Positions 56,001-64,000 of a stretch of DNA of 64,000 nucleotides are shown here, in pieces (position 1 is the stretch's first letter; the number at the start of each line of letters is the position of its first letter). Under the pieces are notes generated by a model. The model had not been told where the DNA came from, ran no database searches, and was given only the letters and a program-made list of their open reading frames with translations. The translations under genes and the position numbers were made by a program. The DNA comes from Eledone cirrhosa (Eukaryota), in NCBI GenBank assembly GCA_964016885.1, contig OZ024749.1, positions 28,458,001-28,522,000 of the forward strand. The letters are read 5' to 3'.

Positions 56001-59000
56001 ATTTGTTCTGGATTGTTTCCGATACAATTGTGACTGTTTCTACAATGGATCTTGGGAATGCCCTGCAGATAGATCAGAATTTGTGTGTAAAGATCCACCA
56101 GTACGAGTACCTCCAAGAAAACCAACCAATGACGGTAAAATATGTTCCAATATATTTGTATTGTTGAAATGTTCTTTCAATTGAAACTACGTTGAGATCT
56201 TAATTTCATTGATGTCTCGAATTTATTCCCTTTTCAAAATGGTACGAAATTACGACATCTTATCTATTAGTATAGAATATGTGAGAGTTCGTGAAAGTAT
56301 TAATACGTTGCACGGAATTCATTAAATCTTATGTGAACCTAAAAATATAAACCCGAAATATTATTTCCTATGCCAAACTCTGAAATAGATTCAAAATATA
56401 TTCTTCGAAATATTTTAATAAAGATTAGTATATTTATAAGGATTTGAACAGTTTATCATTAAATACAATTCTATTTCATTTTAAATATTACATTATGACC
56501 AAGCACCAAGCATATATACAATTTGTTTGAAAAAGAAAATGGTGGTTTTGTGTAAAGGAAAGTATCGTAGCCTGCCGCGAGATTTCTATGAATTAAATAT
56601 AAATACGTAGTGAAACGTAAGACATGGATTTCAAATCACGTGAAGAAATGGGAGATAAAAACTTAATATTAATATTCTAAATAGAAACACATTTTCTTTC
56701 CAAAGTATAATCGAATGTTGCCAGTGAAATAAATAAGTATTTCTCATAGATTGAATCTTTCTTCATATTTCAGGAAACGTTCGATCTGTAGTTGTCTCAT
56801 CAACATTAGATGTAACAGATTGTATGGTTAATAATCAACGTTATCGTCTTGGACGTGAATTTTCATTCACTGAAGGTTGTTTTGAATACCGTTGTATGTG
56901 TTACAATAATGGATCTTGGGTGTGTCCTTCATCTCAATCACGATATACCTGTCGTTTGGATCCACATTCAGAAGAAACACCAGGTAAATATTTGAAATAA
57001 AGCTATTTGTGTCTTTATATATATTTGCGGCAAATAATCTTCCAACTACAATACATATTCTATAACCAATAAGAACCACTCTACATGAATTATATTTATC
57101 ATCAAGACATAAATCTTCTGTTAATCTTTCTTACATCTGTAAACATTCATGTATTTATATCCTACAAAATGTCAATAAAATATGTTTGAAAGATCAGCTG
57201 TTAAAAAATTGGATTTGCTAGTGGTTACGGTGTAAGGTATGTGATTGCTGTAGACAAGTAACTGGTATATGTTTTCTAATTCATTTTAGTGTCAAGCAAA
57301 CAGTTCTTCGTGATCGTTAACTCAAATCCAAACACCTGTTTGGCAAATAATCAGGAATATCCATTAGGACAACGATTTTCATTTGTTTTGGATTGTTTCC
57401 GATACAATTGTGACTGTTTCTACAATGGATCTTGGGAATGTCCTGCAGATAGATCAGAATTTGTGTGTAGAGATCCACCAGTACGAGTACCTCCAAGAAA
57501 ACCAACCAATGACGGTAAAATATGTTCCAATATATTTGTATTGTTGAAATGTTCTTTCAATTGAAACTACGTTGAGATCTTAATTTCATTGATGTCTCGA
57601 ATTTATTCCCTTTTCAAAATGGTACGAAATTACGACATCTTATCTATTAGTATAGAATATGTGAGAGTTCGTGAAAGTATTAATAACTTGCGCGGAATTC
57701 ATTAAATCTTATGTGAACCTAAAAATATAAACCCGAAATATTATTTCCTATGCCAAACTCTGAAATAGATTCAATATATCTTTTTCGAAATATTTTAATA
57801 AAGTTTAGTATATTTATAAGGATTTGAACAGGCTATCATCAAATACATTTCTATTTTATTTTAAATATTACATTATGACCAAGCACCAAGCATATATACA
57901 ATTTGTTTGAAAAAGAAAATTGTGGTTTTGTGTAAAGGAAAGTAACGTAGCCTGCCGCGAGATTTCTATGAATTAAATATAAATACGTAGTGAAACGTAA
58001 GACATGGATTTCAAATCACGTGAAGAAATGGGAGATAAACACTTAATATTAATATTCTAAATTGAAACACATTTTCTTTCCAAAGTATAATCGAATGTTG
58101 CCACTGAAATAAATAAGTATTTCTCATAGATTGAATCTTTCTTCATATTTCAGGAAACGTTCGATCTGTAGTTGTCTCATCAACATTAGATGTAACAGAT
58201 TGTATGGTTAATAACAAACGTTATCGTCTTGGACGTGAATTTTCATTCACTGAAGGTTGTTTTGAATACCGTTGTATGTGTTACAATAATGGATCTTGGG
58301 TGTGTCCTTCATCTCAATCACGATATACCTGTCGTTTGGATACACATTCAGAAGAAACACCAGGTAAATATTTGATATAAAGCTATTTGTCTCTTTATAT
58401 ATATTTGCGGCAAATAATCTTCCAACTACAATACAAATTATATAACCAATAAGAACCACTCTACATAAATTATATTTATCATCAAGACTTAAGTCTTCTG
58501 TTAATTTTTGTAAAATCTGTAAACATTGTGAAATTATTCATGTATTTACAACCTACAAAATGTCAATAAAATATGTTTGAAAGATCAGCTGTTAAAAAAT
58601 TGGATTTGTTAGTGTTTACGGTGTAAGGTATGTGATTGCTGTAAACAAGTAACTGGTATATGTTTTCCAATTCATTTTAGTGTCAAGCAAACAGTTCTTC
58701 GTGATCGTTAACTCAAATCCAAACACCTGTTTGGCAAATAATCAGGAATATCCATTAGGTCAACGATTTTCATTTGTTCTGGATTGTTTCCGATACAATT
58801 GTGACTGTTTCTACAATGGATCTTGGGAATGCCCTGCAGATAGATCAGAATTTGTGTGTAAAGATCCACCAGTACGAGTACCTCCAAGAAAACCAACCAA
58901 TGACGGTAAAATATGTTCCAATATATTTGTATTGTTGAAATGTTCTTTCAATTGAAACTACGTTGAGATCTTAATTTCATTGATGTCTCGAATTTATTCC

Positions 59001-62000
59001 CTTTTCAAAATGGTACGAAATTACAACATCTTATCTATTAGTATAGAATATGTGAGAGTTCGTGAAAGTATTAATACGTAGCACGGAATTCATTAAATCT
59101 TATGTGAACCTAAAAATATGAACCCGAAATGTTATTTCCTATACCAAACTCTGAAATAGATTCAAAATATATTCTTCGAAATATTTTAATAAAGATTAGT
59201 ATATTTATAAGGATTTGAACAGTTTATCATTAAATACAATTCTATTTTATTTTAAATATTACATTATGACCAAGCACCAAGCATATATACAATTTGTTTG
59301 AAAAAGAAAATGGTGGTTTTGTGTAAAGGAAAGTATCGTAGCCTGCTGCGAGATTTCTATGAATTAAATATAAATACGTAGTGAAACGTAAGACATGGAT
59401 TTCAAATCACGTGAAGAAATGGGAGATAAAAACTTAATATTAATATTCTAAATAGAAACACATTTTTTTCCAAAGTATAATCGAATGTTGCCAGTGAAAT
59501 AAATAAGTATTTCTCATAGATTGAATCTTTCTTCATATTTCAGGAAACGTTCGATCTGTAGTTGTCTCATCAACATTAGATGTAACAGATTGTATGGTTA
59601 ATAATCAACGTTATCGTCTTGGACGTGAATTTTCATTCACTGAAGGTTGTTTTGAATACCGTTGTATGTGTTACAATAATGGATCTTGGGTGTGTCCTTC
59701 ATCTCAATCACGATATACCTGTCGTTTGGATCCACATTCAGAAGAAACACCAGGTAAATATTTGAAATAAAGCTATTTGTGTCTTTATATATATTTGCGG
59801 CAAATAATCTTCCAACTACAATACATATTCTATAACCAATAAGAACCACTCTACATGAATTATATTTATCATCAAGACATAAATCTTCTGTTAATCTTTC
59901 TTACATCTGTAAACATTCATGTATTTATATCCTACAAAATGTCAATAAAATATGTTTGAAAGATCAGCTGTTAAAAAATTGGATTTGCTAGTGGTTACGG
60001 TGTAAGGTATGTGATTGCTGTAGACAAGTAACTGGTATATGTTTTCTAATTCATTTTAGTGTCAAGCAAACAGTTCTTCGTGATCGTTAACTCAAATCCA
60101 AACACCTGTTTGGCAAATAATCAGGAATATCCATTAGGACAACGATTTTCATTTGTTTTGGATTGTTTCCGATACAATTGTGACTGTTTCTACAATGGAT
60201 CTTGGGAATGTCCTGCAGATAGATCAGAATTTGTGTGTAGAGATCCACCAGTACGAGTACCTCCAAGAAAACCAACCAATGACGGTAAAATATGTTCCAA
60301 TATATTTGTATTGTTGAAATGTTCTTTCAATTGAAACTACGTTGAGATCTTAATTTCATTGATGTCTCGAATTTATTCCCTTTTCAAAATGGTACGAAAT
60401 TACGACATCTTATCTATTAGTATAGAATATGTGAGAGTTCGTGAAAGTATTAATAACTTGCGCGGAATTCATTAAATCTTATGTGAACCTAAAAATATAA
60501 ACCCGAAATATTATTTCCTATGCCAAACTCTGAAATAGATTCAATATATCTTTTTCGAAATATTTTAATAAAGTTTAGTATATTTATAAGGATTTGAACA
60601 GGCTATCATCAAATACAATTCTATTTTATTTTAAATATTACATTATGACCAAGCACCAAGCATATATACAATTTGTTTGAAAAAGAAAATTGTGGTTTTG
60701 TGTAAAGGAAAGTAACGTAGCCTGCCGCGAGATTTCTATGAATTAAATATAAATACGTAGTGAAACGTAAGACATGGATTTCAAATCACGTGAAGAAATG
60801 GGAGATAAACACTTAATATTCTAAATTGAAACACATTTTCTTTCCAAAGTATAATCGAATGTTGCCACTGAAATAAATAAGTATTTCTCATAGATTGAAT
60901 CTTTCTTCATATTTCAGGAAACGTTCGATCTGTAGTTGTCTCATCAACATTAGATGTAACAGATTGTATGGTTAATAACAAACGTTATCGTCTTGGACGT
61001 GAATTTTCATTCACTGAAGGTTGTTTTGAATACCGTTGTATGTGTTACAATAATGGATCTTGGGTGTGTCCTTCATCTCAATCACGATATACCTGTCGTT
61101 TGGATACACATTCAGAAGAAACACCAGGTAAATATTTGATATAAAGCTATTTGTCTCTTTATATATATTTGCGGCAAATAATCTTCCAACTACAATACAA
61201 ATTATATAACCAATAAGAACCACTCTACATAAATTATATTTATCATCAAGACTTAAGTCTTCTGTTAATCTTTGTAAAATCTGTAAACATTGTGAAATTA
61301 TTCATGTATTTACAACCTACAAAATGTCAATAAAATATGTTTGAAAGATCAGCTGTTAAAAAATTGGATTTGTTAGTGTTTACGGTGTAAGGTATGTGAT
61401 TGCTGTAAACAAGTAACTGGTATATGTTTTCCAATTCATTTTAGTGTCAAGCAAACAGTTCTTCGTGATCGTTAACTCAAATCCAAACACCTGTTTGGCA
61501 AATAATCAGGAATATCAATTAGGACAACAATTTTCATTTGTTCTGGATTGTTTCCGATACAATTGTGACTGTTTCTACAATGGATCTTGGGAATGCCCTG
61601 CAGATAGATCAGAATTTGTGTGTAAAGATCCACCAGTACGAGTACCTCCAAGAAAACCAACCAATGACGGTAAAATATGTTCCAATATATTTGTATTGTT
61701 GAAATGTTCTTTCAATTGAAACTACGTTGAGATCTTAATTTCATTGATGTCTCGAATTTATTCCCTTTTCAAAATGGTACGAAATTACAACATCTTATCT
61801 ATTAGTATAGAATATGTGAGAGTTCGTGAAAGTATTAATACGTAGCACGGAATTCATTAAATCTTATGTGAACCTAAAAATATGAACCCGAAATGTTATT
61901 TCCTATACCAAACTCTGAAATAGATTCAAAATATATTCTTCGAAATATTTTAATAAAGATTAGTATATTTATAAGGATTTGAACAGTTTATCATTAAATA

Positions 62001-63892
62001 CAATTCTATTTTATTTTAAATATTACATTATGACCAAGCACCAAGCATATATACAATTTGTTTGAAAAAGAAAATGGTGGTTTTGTGTAAAGGAAAGTAT
62101 CGTAGCCTGCTGCGAGATTTCTATGAATTAAATATAAATACGTAGTGAAACGTAAGACATGGATTTCAAATCACGTGAAGAAATGGGAGATAAAAACTTA
62201 ATATTAATATTCTAAATAGAAACACATTTTCTTTCCAAAGTATAATCGAATGTTGCCAGTGAAATAAATAAGTATTTCTCATAGATTGAATCTTTCTTCA
62301 TATTTCAGGAAACGTTCGATCTGTAGTTGTCTCATCAACATTAGATGTAACAGATTGTATGGTTAATAATCAACGTTATCGTCTTGGACGTGAATTTTCA
62401 TTCACTGAAGGTTGTTTTGAATACCGTTGTATGTGTTACAATAATGGATCTTGGGTGTGTCCTTCATCTCAATCACGATATACCTGTCGTTTGGATCCAC
62501 ATTCAGAAGAAACACCAGGTAAATATTTGAAATAAAGCTATTTGTGTCTTTATATATATTTGCGGCAAATAATCTTCCAACTACAATACATATTCTATAA
62601 CCAATAAGAACCACTCTACATGAATTATATTTATCATCAAGACATAAATCTTCTGTTAATCTTTCTTACATCTGTAAACATTCATGTATTTATATCCTAC
62701 AAAATGTCAATAAAATATGTTTGAAAGATCAGCTGTTAAAAAATTGGATTTGCTAGTGGTTACGGTGTAAGGTATGTGATTGCTGTAGACAAGTAACTGG
62801 TATATGTTTTCTAATTCATTTTAGTGTCAAGCAAACAGTTCTTCGTGATCGTTAACTCAAATCCAAACACCTGTTTGGCAAATAATCAGGAATATCCATT
62901 AGGACAACGATTTTCATTTGTTTTGGATTGTTTCCGATACAATTGTGACTGTTTCTACAATGGATCTTGGGAATGTCCTGCAGATAGATCAGAATTTGTG
63001 TGTAGAGATCCACCAGTACGAGTACCTCCAAGAAAACCAACCAATGACGGTAAAATATGTTCCAATATATTTGTATTGTTGAAATGTTCTTTCAATTGAA
63101 ACTACGTTGAGATCTTAATTTCATTGATGTCTCGAATTTATTCCCTTTTCAAAATGGTACGAAATTACGACATCTTATCTATTAGTATAGAATATGTGAG
63201 AGTTCGTGAAAGTATTAATAACTTGCGCGGAATTCATTAAATCTTATGTGAACCTAAAAATATAAACCCGAAATATTATTTCCTATGCCAAACTCTGAAA
63301 TAGATTCAATATATCTTTTTCGAAATATTTTAATAAAGTTTAGTATATTTATAAGGATTTGAACAGGCTATCATCAAATACAATTCTATTTTATTTTAAA
63401 TATTACATTATGACCAAGCACCAAGCATATATACAATTTGTTTGAAAAAGAAAATTGTGGTTTTGTGTAAAGGAAAGTAACGTAGCCTGCCGCGAGATTT
63501 CTATGAATTAAATATAAATACGTAGTGAAACGTAAGACATGGATTTCAAATCACGTGAAGAAATGGGAGATAAACACTTAATATTCTAAATTGAAACACA
63601 TTTTCTTTCCAAAGTATAATCGAATGTTGCCACTGAAATAAATAAGTATTTCTCATAGATTGAATCTTTCTTCATATTTCAGGAAACGTTCGATCTGTAG
63701 TTGTCTCATCAACATTAGATGTAACAGATTGTATGGTTAATAACAAACGTTATCGTCTTGGACGTGAATTTTCATTCACTGAAGGTTGTTTTGAATACCG
63801 TTGTATGTGTTACAATAATGGATCTTGGGTGTGTCCTTCATCTCAATCACGATATACCTGTCGTTTGGATACACATTCAGAAGAAACACCAG
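15476..63892 (+). CDS. Giant multi-exon gene (incomplete at both ends) encoding a probably secreted protein with >=45 tandem 6-Cys modules (VWC/FN1/pacifastin-like)
   Basis: 46 exons read by hand, all with AG/GT boundaries. The 45 module exons are phase 1-1 with lengths divisible by 3 and join into one stop-free frame of ~3,250 aa. Conserved C-x18-C-x4-C-x-C-x7-C-x8-C with GSWxCP. Confidence 0.88.
15565..16200. repeat. Degenerate (GTT/GCT/GAT)n trinucleotide tract
   Basis: Direct reading. Confidence 0.9.
16240..16495. repeat. ~40-bp degenerate minisatellite
   Basis: ctaggtgtgtcac..cactt..gtgtcac..ataatct repeated ~6 times. Confidence 0.7.
16508..18425. repeat. 89-bp satellite built from a 35-bp monomer
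   Basis: ctaacagttagc recurs every 87-89 bp; simple 35-bp unit (gaggtatatatttgaggtctgacagacaggtgggt) at 18182-18330. Confidence 0.9.
19446..19631 (+). CDS. Cys-module exon 1 ([44 protein letters not shown])
   Basis: ttttaag acceptor, G|gtaaaa donor, 186 bp, phase 1-1, six Cys. Confidence 0.88.
19843..20028 (+). CDS. Cys-module exon 2 ([44 protein letters not shown])
   Basis: tttcag acceptor, A|gtaaga donor, 186 bp, phase 1-1. Confidence 0.88.
21161..21487 (-). mobile_element. Two adjacent truncated SINE copies
   Basis: Reverse complement of the family consensus twice. Confidence 0.8.
21498..22160. repeat. Degenerate (GTA/GTG/GCA)n tract
   Basis: Direct reading. Confidence 0.9.
23075..23872. 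repeat. Two adjacent minisatellites (cagtaacca-type; ~20-22-bp cactaactggttttacacacaa)
   Basis: Direct reading. Confidence 0.85.
24164..24379 (+). CDS. Cys-module exon 3 ([44 protein letters not shown])
   Basis: Long polyT tract, tandem TAGCAG acceptor (start 24164 or 24167), C|gtaagt donor, phase 1-1. Confidence 0.88.
25140..25980 (-). mobile_element. Degraded RTE-like LINE 3' fragment
   Basis: FADDMVLL...[10 protein letters not shown]...[11 protein letters not shown] motifs with frameshifts; (GAA)n/(GAC)n tail. Confidence 0.8.
26527..26599 (+). pseudogene. tRNA-Arg(ACG)-derived pseudogene / head of a tRNA-Arg SINE
   Basis: TAGCGCAAAGGATAAGGCACCTGACTACAGATCAAGAAATTCCAGGTTCGACTCCTGGCAAGCTTG matches eukaryotic tRNA-Arg-ACG with a decayed acceptor stem and ACG>ACA. 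Followed by a tail (ggtgccccagcatggcc..cagcc..cggctg) also seen near 19330 and 2365. Confidence 0.75.
26675..27357. mobile_element. Cluster of four SINE copies in -,+,-,- orientation
   Basis: 26675-26842(-), 26851-27034(+), 27045-27209(-), 27213-27357(-). Confidence 0.8.
27660..27851 (+). CDS. Cys-module exon 4 ([44 protein letters not shown])
   Basis: ttacag acceptor, T|gtaagt donor, 192 bp, phase 1-1. Confidence 0.88.
28229..28587. repeat. Near-perfect palindrome, ~180-bp arms, 1-nt loop
   Basis: Centre g at 28408; 2 mismatches seen; embedded in (TA)n. Confidence 0.92.
28477..28540 (+). ncRNA. Minimal type I hammerhead ribozyme motif (mirror copy on - strand at 28276-28339)
   Basis: Stem I attttat/atgaaat; CTGAAGA core; 14-bp stem II with one mismatch; GAAA; short stem III T-ATGT-A; AUA cleavage triplet. 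Confidence 0.7.
28873..29076 (+). CDS. Cys-module exon 5 ([44 protein letters not shown])
   Basis: atccag acceptor, G|gtaata donor, 204 bp, phase 1-1. Confidence 0.87.
29433..29791. mobile_element. MITE-like element with ~55-bp terminal inverted repeats
   Basis: attttctgaaa..agtgactgatcggcctgatttgcatattagcagactgg vs ccagtctgctgatatgcaaatcaggccgatcagtcact..tttcagaaaat. Confidence 0.65.
30061..30230. repeat. Inverted repeat (~48-bp arms) with a nested internal palindrome
   Basis: tagaaaatatatagctttcacc.. / ..ggtgaaagctatatattttcta; inner atgagtattgacgtac|atgtacgtcaatactcat. Confidence 0.85.
30560..30803 (-). mobile_element. RTE-like LINE 3' end fragment
   Basis: [12 protein letters not shown]...LLWEP...[11 protein letters not shown]...DRDRWR C-terminal motif. 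Confidence 0.75.
31061..31247 (-). mobile_element. tRNA-derived SINE
   Basis: Reverse complement of the family consensus. Confidence 0.8.
31678..31899 (+). CDS. Cys-module exon 6 ([44 protein letters not shown])
   Basis: ttatag acceptor, T|gtaagt donor, 222 bp, phase 1-1. Confidence 0.87.
31996..32205 (+). CDS. Cys-module exon 7 ([44 protein letters not shown])
   Basis: ttccag acceptor, A|gtaagg donor, 210 bp, phase 1-1. Confidence 0.87.
33359..33589 (+). CDS. Cys-module exon 8 ([44 protein letters not shown])
   Basis: atgcag acceptor, G|gtaaaa donor, 231 bp, phase 1-1. Confidence 0.87.
34030..34510. repeat. Degenerate ~100-bp tandem repeat
   Basis: gataaggtcgtaatgttgag..ctgtccagt..gatgttatctgaccagc repeated ~4-5 times. 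Confidence 0.75.
35011..35378 (-). mobile_element. Mariner/Tc1-like DNA transposon remnant
   Basis: DRRITLDAL...[15 protein letters not shown] resembles the mariner transposase HTH; terminus TACGAGGGTAATGCCAAAAGTAGG next to TA; a second similar terminus-like copy at ~35133-35162. Confidence 0.65.
35546..35755 (+). CDS. Array exon A, unit 1 ([69 protein letters not shown])
   Basis: tttcag acceptor, CAG|gtaaat donor, 210 bp; missed by the ORF track, which shows only its antisense shadow. Confidence 0.88.
36073..36297 (+). CDS. Array exon B, unit 1 ([44 protein letters not shown])
   Basis: ttttag acceptor, G|gtaaaa donor, 225 bp, phase 1-1. Confidence 0.88.
36902..37111 (+). CDS. Array exon A, unit 2
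   Basis: Intact copy of exon A with AG/GT. Confidence 0.85.
37429..37653 (+). CDS. Array exon B, unit 2
   Basis: Intact copy of exon B with AG/GT. Confidence 0.85.
38181..38357 (+). mobile_element. SINE inserted in the intron before array unit 3
   Basis: Absent from most sister units. Confidence 0.9.
38461..38670 (+). CDS. Array exon A, unit 3
   Basis: Intact copy; downstream intron carries the LINE insertion. Confidence 0.85.
38766..41677 (-). mobile_element. 5'-truncated, inactivated RTE-clade LINE (same family as 10700-13068) in the intron of array unit 3
   Basis: Protein nearly identical to the 655-aa ORF and extends into the endonuclease end (SQVDYIL). In-frame stop at 40621 and ~14-bp frameshifting deletion near 40105. 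(CAT)n tail at 38766; short ACCA duplication relative to the empty site in sister units. Confidence 0.95.
41893..42117 (+). CDS. Array exon B, unit 3
   Basis: Intact copy with AG/GT. Confidence 0.85.
42750..42959 (+). CDS. Array exon A, unit 4
   Basis: Intact copy with AG/GT. Confidence 0.85.
43266..43490 (+). CDS. Array exon B, unit 4
   Basis: Intact copy with AG/GT. Confidence 0.85.
44131..44340 (+). CDS. Array exon A, unit 5
   Basis: Intact copy with AG/GT. Confidence 0.85.
44647..44871 (+). CDS. Array exon B, unit 5
   Basis: Intact copy with AG/GT. Confidence 0.85.
45511..45720 (+). CDS. Array exon A, unit 6
   Basis: Intact copy with AG/GT. Confidence 0.85.
46027..46251 (+). CDS. Array exon B, unit 6
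   Basis: Intact copy with AG/GT. Confidence 0.85.
46891..47100 (+). CDS. Array exon A, unit 7
   Basis: Intact copy with AG/GT. Confidence 0.85.
47407..47631 (+). CDS. Array exon B, unit 7
   Basis: Intact copy with AG/GT. Confidence 0.85.
48171..48355 (+). mobile_element. SINE inserted in the intron before array unit 8
   Basis: Full-length, attaat duplication relative to the empty site. Confidence 0.9.
48459..48668 (+). CDS. Array exon A, unit 8
   Basis: Intact copy with AG/GT. Confidence 0.85.
48975..49199 (+). CDS. Array exon B, unit 8
   Basis: Intact copy with AG/GT. Confidence 0.85.
49840..50049 (+). CDS. Array exon A, unit 9
   Basis: Intact copy with AG/GT. Confidence 0.85.
50367..50591 (+). 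CDS. Array exon B, unit 9
   Basis: Intact copy with AG/GT. Confidence 0.85.
51231..51440 (+). CDS. Array exon A, unit 10
   Basis: Intact copy with AG/GT. Confidence 0.85.
51747..51971 (+). CDS. Array exon B, unit 10
   Basis: Intact copy with AG/GT. Confidence 0.85.
52611..52820 (+). CDS. Array exon A, unit 11
   Basis: Intact copy with AG/GT. Confidence 0.85.
53138..53362 (+). CDS. Array exon B, unit 11
   Basis: Intact copy; the 2-bp insertion that changes the ORF-track tail lies in the intron, supporting the donor site. Confidence 0.85.
54003..54212 (+). CDS. Array exon A, unit 12
   Basis: Intact copy with AG/GT. Confidence 0.85.
54519..54743 (+). CDS. Array exon B, unit 12
   Basis: Intact copy with AG/GT. 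Confidence 0.85.
55383..55592 (+). CDS. Array exon A, unit 13
   Basis: Intact copy with AG/GT. Confidence 0.85.
55910..56134 (+). CDS. Array exon B, unit 13 (EYQLGQQF variant)
   Basis: Intact copy with AG/GT. Confidence 0.85.
56774..56983 (+). CDS. Array exon A, unit 14
   Basis: Intact copy with AG/GT. Confidence 0.85.
57290..57514 (+). CDS. Array exon B, unit 14
   Basis: Intact copy with AG/GT. Confidence 0.85.
58154..58363 (+). CDS. Array exon A, unit 15
   Basis: Intact copy with AG/GT. Confidence 0.85.
58681..58905 (+). CDS. Array exon B, unit 15
   Basis: Intact copy with AG/GT. Confidence 0.85.
59544..59753 (+). CDS. Array exon A, unit 16
   Basis: Intact copy with AG/GT. Confidence 0.85.
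60060..60284 (+). CDS. Array exon B, unit 16
   Basis: Intact copy with AG/GT. Confidence 0.85.
60918..61127 (+). CDS. Array exon A, unit 17
   Basis: Intact copy with AG/GT. Confidence 0.85.
61445..61669 (+). CDS. Array exon B, unit 17 (EYQLGQQF variant)
   Basis: Intact copy with AG/GT. Confidence 0.85.
62309..62518 (+). CDS. Array exon A, unit 18
   Basis: Intact copy with AG/GT. Confidence 0.85.
62825..63049 (+). CDS. Array exon B, unit 18
   Basis: Intact copy with AG/GT. Confidence 0.85.
63683..63892 (+). CDS. Array exon A, unit 19 (partner B beyond window)
   Basis: Intact copy with AG/GT. Confidence 0.85.
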
Positions 63893-64000
63893 GTAAATAT
63901 TTGATATAAAGCTATTTGTCTCTTTATATATATTTGCGGCAAATAATCTTCCAACTACAATACAAATTATATAACCAATAAGAACCACTCTACATAAATT

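Larger units (their letters stand above)
35443..64000 (+). repeat. Tandem array of a ~1.38-kb two-exon unit (exon A + intron + exon B + intron), 19 units in window, runs off the end
   Basis: Near-identical exon and intron sequence recurring every ~1356-1392 bp; interrupted by one LINE and two SINE insertions. Confidence 0.97.

Noticed and set aside
36072-63099. 91-aa ORFs MSSKQFF... as separate small tandem genes
   Set aside because: The start is the GTG spanning the AG acceptor and the tail (KICSNIF...) is intron read-through after the GT donor; they are internal exons with no promoter, ATG or signal peptide
19446-63892. Assigning a gene name such as kielin/chordin-like or pacifastin
   Set aside because: Modules have 6 rather than 10 Cys and lack pacifastin's diagnostic spacing; orthology cannot be established without a database search
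35639-63988. Repeated minus-strand ORFs MVLIGY... (70 aa) and MVFLEVL... (62 aa)
   Set aside because: Antisense shadows of exons A and B; they recur only because the DNA is repeated, and the splice signals and Cys pattern are on the + strand

Overview
AT-rich, microsatellite-dense eukaryotic (metazoan) DNA. The tRNA-Arg-derived SINE, the RTE-type LINEs and the repeat landscape suggest a cephalopod such as Octopus; this is inference. The main feature is one large + strand gene that the ORF track does not assemble. A signal-peptide-like exon (15476-15533) is followed by at least 45 symmetrical phase 1-1 exons. Each encodes one 6-Cys module, C-x18-C-x4-C-x-C-x7-C-x8-C, with a G-S-W-x-C-P motif (VWC/fibronectin-type-I/pacifastin-like fold). 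The first 8 modules (19.4-33.6 kb) are divergent. From 35.5 kb to the window end, a two-exon unit (A 210 bp + B 225 bp, ~1.38 kb with introns) repeats 19 times (19 A, 18 B in the window). The copies are nearly identical, and a ~2.77-kb dimeric higher-order repeat appears from unit 9. Splicing all exons gives ~3,250 aa within the window, and the gene continues past it. Introns and flanks contain two sister RTE LINE copies with a PHD-type finger, many tRNA-derived SINEs, other LINE and mariner remnants, minisatellites, and several long fold-back palindromes embedded in (TA)n. One palindrome carries an intact minimal hammerhead ribozyme motif (Penelope-like).
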